Counted from the first letter of the stretch, positions 40,031-49,255 are shown. The stretch: DNA of 64,000 bases from Gemmatimonadota bacterium (GCA_039586365.1 JBDHKN010000016.1:1-64000), one strand, 5' to 3'. Program-made: numbers and translations. The notes: generated from the letters alone by a model not told the origin.

Positions 40031-40303
40031 ACCACTTGTCGTCGGCGATCTTCACCAACACGTTCAACCCTTCCAAGCATGAGCTACCAAGACCTACCCA
40101 GTCTCAGCGCTGCTACTCAACTGTGCCGTCGTTCTGGCGCCTCGGTCGCGATTCAATCCGCCGCCCACGTCCATTGGCAGCACCACGAAGTGCCTGGCTT
40201 GATCAGCGAGGTAGGCTAACGAAAGACTCCGCAGTGCGCTAAGGCTGCGGGGTTTCTGGCGCGGCCGAGTCACCTGACTACCTGTGCCAAGCCGGCATCC
40301 CCC

Positions 40304-40912
40304 TTACAACACCGCGGTCACCGTGTTGCTTTCCCGTCCCTCTCCCGCCCGATTGATGGCGACGACCCAGTACTGCCACTCGACTCCGCGCTCCTGATCT
40401 AGGAGGACGCTCGCGCACTCGACCGCAGTGCCCGCACTCTCCGTCTTTTCTGTGCCGCGCCGGCAGCGCAGCACCTTGTAGGCAGCCACCTTGCCTCCGT
40501 CCGCCGGTGGTTTCCAGTCGAGTGCGATCCAGTCCGGACCCTCATGCAGTATCTCCAAGTCCCTGACCTGACCCGGCGATTCGAGCCGCTCGCCGGGCCG
40601 ACGCCCTCCCCAACCGATCAGCGAAAGTTTCCTCTGGTCGGAAAACGCTATGCTCTCGGCATAGCGGATGCTACGCTTCATGCCGACCATGAGCTGCTTT
40701 AGCGCCGCCCGCTTCTCCAGCGTGGCTTGCTTCGCGGCCGCCGCCGCGTGGTTCGCCTTGTGGCGGGCCGCGTCGAAGGTAGCCAACAACGCCGCTAGGT
40801 CGCCCGGGTTTACGGGTGGTGCAGGGAATTGGTCAGCGTTGGCTGTGAACCCGGCGATCAGGCTCTCCGCCAGAGCCCTTACGTCGGGCTCGGTCCGTGG
40901 GAATGTGGCCAT
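40304..40912 (-). CDS. Helical N-domain plus fibronectin type III domain protein
   Basis: PGQV.DL..L.W.PP.DGG..Y..Y.V.A.N.AG.G..S FN3 pattern; no signal peptide; GGGAGG RBS. Confidence 0.85.
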   Translation of the reverse strand: MATFPRTEPDVRALAESLIAGFTANADQFPAPPVNPGDLAALLATFDAARHKANHAAAAAKQATLEKRAALKQLMVGMKRSIRYAESIAFSDQRKLSLIGWGGRRPGERLESPGQVRDLEILHEGPDWIALDWKPPADGGKVAAYKVLRCRRGTEKTESAGTAVECASVLLDQERGVEWQYWVVAINRAGEGRESNTVTAVL

Positions 40913-41009
40913 GGGTGGTATCCTCCCGTCGTGTCTTCCCTAAGTGCTTTACTGACAACTGCTTTGCGTATCTCGGTGCGACATCGTTCGATTGTGCATG
41001 GGCCAGCAA

Positions 41010-41190
41010 TATAATGATGTAAGTTTACATAATAATAATGACAATACGGCTAGATATCAAAGTGTAATACAATCTATTAATGCATGCATTATATGATATC
41101 AACGAGTATGCAATCAATACGATGAGTATACACTGCTGATGTACTGAAGTATTGAAGTACTCTTAGTTTGTTCACAACAATACGATGTAG
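41010..41190. other. AT-rich island (about 30% GC by manual count) with palindromes
   Basis: TAATGCATGCATTA (41078-41091), ATGTAA-GT-TTACAT (41017-41030), three CAATACG copies. Confidence 0.8.
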
Positions 41191-41406
41191 AGAACTTGGC
41201 CGCGAGCTGTCCTGTTAGACATCAGAGTTCCGATCGAACCTTGGAGGCGAGCGTGGTCCGGGGGGGTCGAGGCGTCCATGCGACCGCATGTGGCGGCAGT
41301 GGAATGGCTCGTCCAATTTCCCGCCCACCGACACAGCAAGGGAAGTGTGGGGGGTAGCTCGAGGAGCAGCTGAGGGTCGTCGAGACTGGGTCGCGCGAGT
41401 TGCTGG

Positions 41407-42048
41407 CTACTCCTCAAACGCCGTCTTCCAACGCACCCGCGGATCATCGAATGTCACAGACGCCGCGTCGAAGTCGTCTGGGTCAAAATTCCCGCCAAGC
41501 CACTCAAGCAGCTCCTCATAGTCCGGGTGCTCTGGGTCGGCGATCGCCGCCAACAGCTCTGTGTAGCCGTGAGCACCACCACAGTCTTCCGGGGGACACC
41601 GCCGCGCACCAGACATACAACGTGGATAACTGACTGACTCATCGGCAGGCGCCGTGCCCTCGTGCATCAACACATGCTGCCAGTCGTCACCGAAGTCGTA
41701 GACGTACAGCGCGGGCGAAGCTCCCAGCGCGAAATAGTCGGACACCTTCGCTTTCCACCCGGGGGTGCACGGCTTGTCCTCCGGCACCTCACCGTCCGGG
41801 ATGCCGATGCGCTCCACACTACCACTGGGAGCATGTACAACCAAGAACTCATGAAGATGATAGTCCAGCCATCCCATGGCATCTTGGATCGCAACGTGTA
41901 GATCCCAAAAGGAGTATTCTTCCGGGACCTCTATGCGTCGCCAGACCAGCGGATCGGTCCCGCTCAGCACCACGAGGAACTGATGAACGTCCGAGGAGTG
42001 CTTCCGACCCCCTCGGCCACTATGGGAAGTAGCCTTCTTCGCAGTCAT
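41407..42048 (-). CDS. Plasmid pRiA4b ORF-3 family protein
   Basis: VWRRIEVP, LHVAIQ.AMGW.DYHLHEF, YDFGDDW.H, CPPEDCGG. Confidence 0.9.
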   Translation of the reverse strand: MTAKKATSHSGRGGRKHSSDVHQFLVVLSGTDPLVWRRIEVPEEYSFWDLHVAIQDAMGWLDYHLHEFLVVHAPSGSVERIGIPDGEVPEDKPCTPGWKAKVSDYFALGASPALYVYDFGDDWQHVLMHEGTAPADESVSYPRCMSGARRCPPEDCGGAHGYTELLAAIADPEHPDYEELLEWLGGNFDPDDFDAASVTFDDPRVRWKTAFEE

Positions 42049-42068
42049 GATCCTCGTCGCTAGCTAAA

Positions 42069-42089
42069 GCATGTTGAGAGCGCGCCCCA
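42069..42089 (+). repeat. 21-bp copy of the IS110/IS1111-like left end
   Basis: GCATGTTGAGAGCGCGCCCCA is identical to 49256-49276; both follow an attC-core-like heptamer. Confidence 0.75.
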
Positions 42090-42097
42090 TTTGCCGG

Positions 42098-42326
42098 TTA
42101 CCGTGCGATGTCCTTCACTTCAGCAAGAGGTTCAAGTTTTGCGATGTCGTTGGCCTCTTCAGATCGGAGGGCATGCCAGAGCTCCCAGTCTTGCTGCAGT
42201 CGAAGCCAGAATTTCGCACTCATACCAGTCACTCGAGCAAGGCGCAGCGCAGTATCTGTGGTCACGCTCCGTTTGCCATTTATGATCTCGTTCAGGCGAG
42301 GAAAGGATACCCCCAGTTGTCGGGCC
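42098..42326 (-). pseudogene. higA: HigA antitoxin, 5'-truncated
   Basis: LGVSFPRLNEIINGKRSVTTDTALRLAR..FWLRLQ; N-terminus replaced by an MBL fragment. Confidence 0.8.
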
Positions 42327-42710
42327 GATCCGCTCGAGCACCGAGCGGCTCTCGGGGAAGGAGATCGTGACATTGTCGTGCAGCGTGATGTCCACATATT
42401 GATCTTGAGGCTTGATCCATGACTTCATGAGGGGGATCGCGCGGACTTGCGCGTCGAGCACGAGCAGCGGAACACCCGCCTCTTTCAGTTCTTGGCCGAG
42501 GCCGGCGTCATCGATATGGTAGTGGGTCGCGAGTCCGTACCGGATCTCCTTGATCGGTACATCAATCCGAGCGAGACCCGCCCGCAGCCGTGCCATGGTC
42601 CCCGGCCAGCCGAGGTCCACGAGCAGGCGCGAGGTGCCGGCGCTGACGACCCAGTAGTTGGTCGAGCGGTATCCAACGTTTACGATCGTGATAGACCCGG
42701 GTTTGGGCAT
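42324..42710 (-). pseudogene. MBL-fold hydrolase, 3'-truncated
   Basis: LLVDLG, THYHIDD (expected HxHxDH); runs into higA sequence. Confidence 0.75.
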
Positions 42711-42877
42711 CGTGCTCTGCGTGCCTTCTAAACGATGGTTAGCCCGTCTCGCCACGAACGGGCCATTACCCTCAAGAATTCAAGAAGCCTCGTGGTGCGA
42801 ATTCGCCGCCTCCCTAAGGATCCACGGTCCCAGGGTTGTGACAAGCGGGTTCTGGTTGTCGCCGAGTCGACTGGTGG

Positions 42878-43363
42878 TTACCAAGACCCATCAGTTTCCT
42901 GGTCCAATTCAAGGACCATTGGGACGAAGCGAATACCGTTCTCGACCCGTTCCGGTCCTTCTGCCCTGAATCCCATGCGCCCGTAGACCTCAACCGCACC
43001 AGGAGCAGCATGGACGGTGAGGCGCGCCAGTCTGGGGATTGTACGTCGGCAACGCGCTACCGCCTGACGCATGAGTTCCTTGCCCACACCGCGCCCCTGG
43101 CGTGCAACGAACAGCATCGCCACGTGCTCGCAGTGGCGCATCTCGATGAAACCAACCAGTTTCTCGTCCTCCTCCGCTACAAGCACGAAGTGTCCGGCTT
43201 CCGATCGCTGCAGCAACTGATCCGCTGCAGCATACCGCAGGAACTCTTGGACACCTTCATCGGAATAGCCGGGCGCAACGAACTGGTTGAACACACGCGC
43301 CGCGAGGTCAGCTACGGCTTCCTCTTCGCCACGCTTCATCGACCGATACACTAGAGGAGTCAT
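42878..43363 (-). CDS. GNAT N-acetyltransferase (cassette)
   Basis: QGRGVG, AVEVYGRMGF. Confidence 0.85.
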   Translation of the reverse strand: MTPLVYRSMKRGEEEAVADLAARVFNQFVAPGYSDEGVQEFLRYAAADQLLQRSEAGHFVLVAEEDEKLVGFIEMRHCEHVAMLFVARQGRGVGKELMRQAVARCRRTIPRLARLTVHAAPGAVEVYGRMGFRAEGPERVENGIRFVPMVLELDQETDGSW

Positions 43364-43406
43364 GGGAGAGACGCCACGCGAGCAATGCACCCATGTGCTG
43401 GCAACA

Positions 43407-43850
43407 TCAGGGATCCACTCTCTGAAACGTGATCCATGTGACACTCGAAGGCGTTCTTGGTATCGCTTCGGGCCACTCTGGCGGCCCGCTGTCTAAATGC
43501 ATGCTCACCCAGTGCAACCGCTCCCCGGCATGGGTTCTTTCGAGGCGGACGAGCGTATGAGAGACTCTACCGAAGGCCATGTCTACCTCGTAGACAAGAT
43601 CCAACCGCGCCGGATCGCGTGCCACATCAAGCGAGTAAGTGAACGGGAACGTGTCGACTTCGTCCGCAAGGTACCCGGTGCCGTCGGATCTCAGCATGAA
43701 AGTGAAATGCACCAGCCGGCCAACATATTCCCATGTTCCGAGGTAGGCGGCCTTAGAATCTCTCTGCGCTGCCACCACAGAACCCAGTGTCGCAAGCAGC
43801 ATCGTTGATGCAGCCAGGAACATGATGCGCAGACAAAGCGTTCGGCGCAT
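43407..43850 (-). CDS. Secreted hypothetical protein (cassette)
   Basis: AAGGAGG RBS, signal peptide, LGTWE. Confidence 0.65.
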   Translation of the reverse strand: MRRTLCLRIMFLAASTMLLATLGSVVAAQRDSKAAYLGTWEYVGRLVHFTFMLRSDGTGYLADEVDTFPFTYSLDVARDPARLDLVYEVDMAFGRVSHTLVRLERTHAGERLHWVSMHLDSGPPEWPEAIPRTPSSVTWITFQRVDP

Positions 43851-43939
43851 GTGAGAATCCTCCTTGTCGAAGTGGGCGCCCAGCGCGCTCCATGAATCAA
43901 GGTGTCCGGCTACACTGGCGGTTCCTTTGCGTCTGTGCC

Positions 43940-44025
43940 ACCTAACGACTCCTCGTTTGCGCTGCAAACCACTCGCCCGCCAGGCAGCGACCTTTCAAGG
44001 CCTTGGTTTGCCACGCTGGTCAGGG
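43940..44025 (-). repeat. attC site (shortened)
   Basis: Minus strand CCCTGAC (contains stop)..GCAGCGCAAACGAGGAGTC-GTTAGGT. Confidence 0.65.
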
Positions 44026-44736
44026 GTACACTGCAGTAGTACGCCCCGAATCATCGAGAAAAGCCAACCGTGCGGTGCCAGCAGAATCCACAGACAGCCG
44101 AATCCTGACCCTGCCAGCAGAATCCCGCAGTTCGAGCGCAGCTGTGCGGTCCTCGCTTCCGAGAAAGAGGCGCGGGGTGCCCTGAACACGGGCGCGGGCG
44201 CGCAGCCGCTCTCGATCCAACGAGTCGCGAGCAGGACCAGGAGGAGTCGCAACCATCTGTTGCGCCAACGCGAACTGCTGTTCGAGAGGGTCATCTGTCG
44301 GCCGGTCCCACACCCTGAGCCCGGCAGACCTCGTCGTACCGTTGTCTTGGTACTGAACGGCCACGACTTGATTCTGCTTCCACTGATCGAAGGACAGGTG
44401 GCCGAAGGCGCGATACAGCGAATCGCGAGGTGCCCCCTCGTATATAATGCCGCCGACTTCGTCGCCCACCTCGTTGAAGAAGATCATTCCGGCGCTCCGC
44501 CCGCGTCCGGAAAAGGACTGCGGATATTCCCTCCCGGCGAAAGTGCCCCCGGGCAGGCGCACAGCATTCGACAGCACCAGGGCGAGGGCTCCGGTCGAAT
44601 CCACGATGTTGAGCCGCTCGACGGACAAAACAGGAGGCTGCCGTCTGGTGAAGCCGCTGAGTAGCATGGAGGCGAGAGCGAGGAACATGGTGAGGTTACC
44701 GACAAAAATCCACTTGGCAACGGCAGTGTTCTGCAT
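44020..44736 (-). CDS. Hypothetical membrane-anchored protein (cassette)
   Basis: 238-aa ORF with N-terminal TM; VERLNIVD..G, GMIFFNE.GDE.GG. Confidence 0.75.
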   Translation of the reverse strand: MQNTAVAKWIFVGNLTMFLALASMLLSGFTRRQPPVLSVERLNIVDSTGALALVLSNAVRLPGGTFAGREYPQSFSGRGRSAGMIFFNEVGDEVGGIIYEGAPRDSLYRAFGHLSFDQWKQNQVVAVQYQDNGTTRSAGLRVWDRPTDDPLEQQFALAQQMVATPPGPARDSLDRERLRARARVQGTPRLFLGSEDRTAALELRDSAGRVRIRLSVDSAGTARLAFLDDSGRTTAVYP

Positions 44737-44844
44737 TAGCTGACTCCGATTAAGGACCGTGCGGTGGGTGGCTTAGACATGAACGCCCCGTTCGGCGGAG
44801 GATCAGAAAGCTTCTCTCAGGGCCTGCTAGGGTGCTTTGTAGCT

Positions 44845-44937
44845 TCCTAACGCCCCTGCGGGGAGTCTGCAGAACGCCGAGCAACGATTTTCTTTCAAAA
44901 CGAGTCGCTCCTGCGCAGCGCCATGCGGGGACTATAC
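44845..44937 (-). repeat. attC site (degenerate R'')
   Basis: Begins at the stop of the upstream gene; CCCCGCA..CTGC..GCAG..GGGGC-GTTAGGA. Confidence 0.6.
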
Positions 44938-45495
44938 GCGCATGCCCTCGAGCTGTAGCAGTCGCGCAAGGCTGATTGATGCCGCCTCAGCGCCCCGGAA
45001 CAGGAGAAGCGCCAAGCGGCGCGCGAGCTCGAACGACCCGAGAAGGTACACAAGCTGCGCTCCTGCTCGGACCACATAGGGTCGGCGGGACATGTCCATG
45101 CCGAGAATCTCCGACGCATAAGCGCCCACGGCGAGCACGACAAACCACGTTGTGACGAAAGGAATCCCAGTGAAGAGAATGTGCACTATGTCATGCAGCA
45201 GAAACCCACAGAGAGCAAATGTGATGAGTACGGCCACGGGGCGTGGCAGGTACCTCCGCAGAGGCCGATACGACCAGTAGTAGAGGAAATATCCATATAC
45301 TGGATTCCAGTAGTGCCAGAACGCGACGAAAGACCTCGCACCCAAGGCCCGCGACACCATCCGCCTCGCGGCCTGCCACGGCCCTGCCGGATTGCCGAGC
45401 CGAAAGAAGACGTAGTCCCTGACAGATGGCTTTGGCCAGTCTCGGCCTTTGCGGTGAGACGAGGCTTCAGATGCTGAGTCATTCCTGGAGGTCAT
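44932..45495 (-). CDS. MBOAT-like small membrane protein (cassette)
   Basis: FWHYWNPVYGYFL, F.LCGFLLHD; hydrophobic. Confidence 0.65.
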   Translation of the reverse strand: MTSRNDSASEASSHRKGRDWPKPSVRDYVFFRLGNPAGPWQAARRMVSRALGARSFVAFWHYWNPVYGYFLYYWSYRPLRRYLPRPVAVLITFALCGFLLHDIVHILFTGIPFVTTWFVVLAVGAYASEILGMDMSRRPYVVRAGAQLVYLLGSFELARRLALLLFRGAEAASISLARLLQLEGMRV

Positions 45496-46235
45496 TGTGT
45501 CCGTCTGTTGCTGACCGCACCATTCAGGCCCAGCATGTCGGGCAGTCGATCGAGGCTTGGGATGATCACTGTACCCGCGGCTGGCACCCTGTCATCACGG
45601 CGCACTAGAACGGCATGCATTCCTGCACCGCGCGCACCCTCAACATCGTCGACAACGCTGTCACCCACGTGCAGGACTCGGTGGCACGGTATTCCCATAC
45701 GGCGACATACATCACGGAATATCTCTGGGTCCGGCTTTGCACAGCCCACTTCTGCGGATGCAACGACGTGATCCAGCGCGTCACCGAACCCAAGTTCTGT
45801 GCAGAAATGCTGCAGACCGCACTGCCAGTTTGAGACCACCGCTACCCTATATCCCTCGCGCCGCAGGATCTCAAGGACTCGAAGTACATCCGGAAAGACG
45901 CCTAGACTCGACGGGCCGAGCACACTCCATACGTTGGCGGCGTGATGGGGTGCCGCGCCGTCGGGCGCACGCACGTTGAGCCGCTTGAAGACCCGATGGG
46001 TAAGGCACATCAGGTAGCGCCGTTTTTCCTCCGCCGGAAGATGTGGTGAATAATCCCTGGCGTGTTGCTCGAACACATCGTAGAGCACCTGATGTTCCCA
46101 TGGATTGGATTCTAGCTCCTGGGACCGGAAATACTCCATCAACATCGCGCCCCGGCCGCTGCCCTGTCTGTGGTAAACGAGGGTGTTGTAGAAGTCGAAT
46201 GTGACGGCGTCGATGTCAGCGAAGTGAATGGTCAT
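45492..46235 (-). CDS. HAD-superfamily hydrolase (cassette)
   Basis: FDFYNTL, VSN, KPDPEIF, HVGDS..DDVEGA. Confidence 0.88.
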   Translation of the reverse strand: MTIHFADIDAVTFDFYNTLVYHRQGSGRGAMLMEYFRSQELESNPWEHQVLYDVFEQHARDYSPHLPAEEKRRYLMCLTHRVFKRLNVRAPDGAAPHHAANVWSVLGPSSLGVFPDVLRVLEILRREGYRVAVVSNWQCGLQHFCTELGFGDALDHVVASAEVGCAKPDPEIFRDVCRRMGIPCHRVLHVGDSVVDDVEGARGAGMHAVLVRRDDRVPAAGTVIIPSLDRLPDMLGLNGAVSNRRTQ

Positions 46236-46304
46236 GATGCATCCCCGGATCCTTCTGCCGGTCGGACCAGAACCGCTTCATGCGCGACCGTTGCCCGCAG
46301 GGCC

Positions 46305-46347
46305 AGCTAACGGCACGTATCCATCACCGTTCATGCCCCTGTCAGCC
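46305..46347 (-). repeat. 43-bp internally deleted attC
   Basis: GGCTGAC (stop inside) AGGGGCATGAACGGTGA..GTTAGCT; 5' part resembles the attC at 46866-46996. Confidence 0.65.
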
Positions 46348-46840
46348 GGCGCGAAAGCTCCGGCTACGCCAAGGCCTGGGAATGAACATCGGTACCGTTC
46401 GCTTGTACTCGGTATACGCCGCTCCAAAGCGAAGCTCCAGTTCAGGCTCCTCAACCGTCTTCAACTCGATTACGTGCGCCAGGATGTACAGCGGTGTCCA
46501 TACGAACACAATCGAACCCGAATGGAGGAAGAGACCGATCCCGAACAGGGCCGTGAACACTCCAGTCACCATCGGGTTGCGCATCCACAGGTACGGCCCC
46601 GCAACGCAGCACGCACCAGCCGCAGAGCAGCGACCCCAGCGCAAGCAGCACCACCCCAATGCTCACTCCCAATCTCCCAGGCAGGACCTCTGGCATGCGC
46701 AGCACTCTGTCCGTGTATAAGCCCAGGACAACTACAGCAGCTAGGGTAAAGCCAAAGATCAGCAAGCCAAGGGGCGTCAGAAGCTCCCGCTTGTGACGGG
46801 ATCCTGTAGCAACCGAATGAAAGACGTCAAGCAGACTCAT
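46342..46840 (-). pseudogene. Isoprenylcysteine carboxyl methyltransferase-family gene, frameshifted
   Basis: N-terminal TMs in one frame and GPYLWMRNPM..EEPEL..RFG..Y..YK in another; junction near 46603. Confidence 0.8.
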
Positions 46841-46865
46841 CCCACGTTCCTCCAATCACGCGTCC

Positions 46866-46996
46866 GGCTGACGACCAGGCGCATCAGCTGCAGGCATCTC
46901 CTAACCAGCAACTCCGATCTCGGCTCAATCATTGAACCTCCCAGTTCCCAACTGAGCGGGACGACGAGCGCGTCACGGTTCATGTGCCCGTTAGCC
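46866..46996 (-). repeat. attC site (131 bp)
   Basis: GGCTAAC..GCAGCTGATGCGCCTGGTC-GTCAGCC. Confidence 0.7.
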
Positions 46997-47098
46997 AGCG
47001 AGATGCGAACTTACTGGAATCGTTATGTCACGGGCCTGCCGGAACGAGCTGCATTCACTTTCCGTCCATAAGGTGGTTCTGACCGGGCTTGAAGCACC

Positions 47099-47233
47099 AC
47101 ATAACGACTCCGCGCTTGAAAGGTGGCACGACCGACCCGCCGGGCGGGTCGGTCGCGGGAACGAGCACGATCTTGCGTAGCGCTCATATTAACGCCACCC
47201 ACCGCGGCCACCAGCTCCTAGCGGGTGTTAGAC
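47099..47233 (-). repeat. attC site (135 bp)
   Basis: GTCTAAC (contains GNAT stop)..GTTATGT; shares GCGTT.ATATGAGCGCT with the attC at 48466. Confidence 0.8.
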
Positions 47234-47746
47234 AGCACGCCATGAATCACGTTCAATTGCATAAAGAGACAGGCAGTACCCTCGTAGCGTGACCTCTCCT
47301 TCAAAGCGCTCGCCAAGACGCTCGGCTAATCGGATTGAGCGGCGGTTGTCCGGGTCGATCAGGCTGACCGCCCGGTGCCATCCAAGAGGGCCGAACGCGT
47401 GCGCGAGTGCGGCTCGTGCGGCCTCCAGGGCGAAACCTCGGCCCCAGTACGGACGAGCAAGTGTCCAGGCGAGTTCGCGATCGGGCCAACCCTCCGGAAA
47501 GTGGAGGCCGACACGGCCCACCAGAGAGCCGGTTGCCCGCTCCTCCACAGCCCACATCCCGAAACCGCAGAGCTGCGAGTGGCCGACGAACATCGCCATT
47601 TGCCTCCAGGCGTCGTCCCGGCTGAGAACCGAGCGGACGCCGATGTAACGCATGACGTCCGGGTCCGCACACATGGCGGCATAGGCATCAATGTAGTTGT
47701 CTCGAAAGGGCCGGAGCAACAGCCGTTCGGTTTCCAGTGTAATCAC
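47228..47746 (-). CDS. RimJ/RimL-type GNAT acetyltransferase (cassette)
   Basis: LETERLLLRP, YWGRGFA.EAA, N.RS..LAERLG. Confidence 0.9.
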   Translation of the reverse strand: MITLETERLLLRPFRDNYIDAYAAMCADPDVMRYIGVRSVLSRDDAWRQMAMFVGHSQLCGFGMWAVEERATGSLVGRVGLHFPEGWPDRELAWTLARPYWGRGFALEAARAALAHAFGPLGWHRAVSLIDPDNRRSIRLAERLGERFEGEVTLRGYCLSLYAIERDSWRAV

Positions 47747-47779
47747 TGAGCGGATCTGGTTCGATGTTCATTGCGTGCA

Positions 47780-47911
47780 GCCTAACGTCCCTGCCCATAA
47801 GCTGCGACGGACTCCTTCCCAGCTTACTGATACATCAGTGTTCTTTGATGTCACCGTGCGCACAAATCAAAGTTGCCTATCGCGCTCGGCAGCTTGGTGC
47901 GCGTGCTAGGC
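47780..47911 (-). repeat. attC site (132 bp)
   Basis: GCCTAGC (contains stop)..AAGCTGC..GCAGCTT..CAGGGAC-GTTAGGC. Confidence 0.8.
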
Positions 47912-48412
47912 ACCGCCTCGCGCTGCACGTATTGCGACGATTTGCTCTACGTGATGCATTGCGTGCTCAGCCTGAATCTGTATCGCCCTGCCCACCGTCA
48001 CACGCTCGATCATCCCATCTGGTGTCCGCATCCTGATCGATCGTTGCCAGGCATCTGGCACGTGTTTCAACAGCTGTAAGACATGGCCTCGGTTAGCTCT
48101 GAACAAAGCGAGAGATACGTCAATGGACCGCGCTGAGTATCTCCATCGGTCAGCCCAAACGTCCTGCGACAGCGCCCAGTACCACCCGAGCGTGAATTCC
48201 CCATCTTCACTCCCCAGGGCGGACTTGATGCACAGCTTCCAGATGTCATCTCCATCGACGATATGGTGCACAATCTGCCGAACCGTCCAGCCACCCTGCG
48301 ACCCACTGGCATCGAGACCGGGCCCATCCAAGCCAGCTAGGGCGAGTTCGAGTTGCTCTGGATCCTGCGCATATCGCGCCAGAACCGCTGACTCATTGCC
48401 TTGCGAATTCAT
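47906..48412 (-). CDS. DinB-family protein (cassette)
   Basis: WTVRQIVHHIVD, HAMHHVEQI. Confidence 0.85.
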   Translation of the reverse strand: MNSQGNESAVLARYAQDPEQLELALAGLDGPGLDASGSQGGWTVRQIVHHIVDGDDIWKLCIKSALGSEDGEFTLGWYWALSQDVWADRWRYSARSIDVSLALFRANRGHVLQLLKHVPDAWQRSIRMRTPDGMIERVTVGRAIQIQAEHAMHHVEQIVAIRAARGGA

Positions 48413-48465
48413 AGCAGATTCCTAGGCTACAATGGTTGGTGAAGCACAGATCCAACACGGGTGGC

Positions 48466-48597
48466 GCCTAACGTCCCTGTGTTTGTGCTGCGGGCGACCG
48501 CCCTCCGGACGCTTTCTATCACGAAACTATTAGTTCTAGCCAAGCGCTCATATCAACGCCAGCCACCGCGCCCGGCAGCTCCTAATGCGTGTTAGGC
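48466..48597 (-). repeat. attC site (132 bp)
   Basis: GCCTAAC..GCTGCCGGGCG..CGCCCGCAGC..CAGGGAC-GTTAGGC. Confidence 0.88.
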
Positions 48598-48655
48598 AGC
48601 GCTCCCCGGCGGGATCTGCCAGATCTACTAACGCCTGGAGGTAAGCCGGCCGAAC

Positions 48656-49174
48656 TTAGCATGGCAGGCTTTCTTCTTTCTTCTGCCGGGAAATGGGAAC
48701 TATCTTGCATTCGTCAAAGGAGACATTGCATGGCAAATGGAACCCTAGTTGCGCGTTCATGATGCCAGCTACTTCCATGCCTTCGATCACTTTGCAGTCG
48801 GTTGATTTGACCGCGCCGCGTACGGTTTCAGTCGCGGAGTCGCAGCCCAAAACTACCACAGCGTCATATTGTCTCGCACATTCTTGTAGCTTCTTCCGTC
48901 GGCCCGAAGTCCACATGCAAAGAAACCACTGGTGATAGAGATTGCTCCTAAACACCTTTGTGTTCACACCCGCTTCCCTCAATCGGGATTGCAGTGCCCT
49001 GATGTGTTCTTCGAAGGGAGCCGATTTGAGGAAGCTCCTGAAGAATTGCATGAAAGGCTTCTCCTCTCTCACGGCCACCGTCACTGCAGGACACAGATTG
49101 CACGGAACGATCAGGGCAGAACTCAATCCTTCAACTTCAGAAACCACGTCCAAGTCATTGAAATGGATTGGCAT
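48656..49174 (-). CDS. Cys-rich hypothetical protein, MetV N-domain-like (cassette)
   Basis: IVPCNLCP..FLC..VVLGC pattern; GAGGAG RBS. Confidence 0.6.
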   Translation of the reverse strand: MPIHFNDLDVVSEVEGLSSALIVPCNLCPAVTVAVREEKPFMQFFRSFLKSAPFEEHIRALQSRLREAGVNTKVFRSNLYHQWFLCMWTSGRRKKLQECARQYDAVVVLGCDSATETVRGAVKSTDCKVIEGMEVAGIMNAQLGFHLPCNVSFDECKIVPISRQKKEESLPC

Positions 49175-49255
49175 TTGTCGCTCCTCGTCTCTTCAGGCCA
49201 AGAGTAGCTCGACCGTATGGGAACTTCCAGCATGAAGTCGCGAACGCTGCCTAAC

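Larger units (their letters stand above)
41214..49255 (-). mobile_element. Integron gene-cassette array without integrase in window (CALIN-like)
   Basis: Short co-oriented genes separated by RYYYAAC..GTTRRRY imperfect palindromes that often overlap the stop codons. Confidence 0.85.

Noticed and set aside
40214..40252. Further attC half-site (GTTAGCC on minus strand)
   Set aside because: No matching R'' or clear cassette; too weak to call
43940..48597. CRISPR array or REP elements
   Set aside because: Repeats are long, divergent and separated by whole genes; no cas genes
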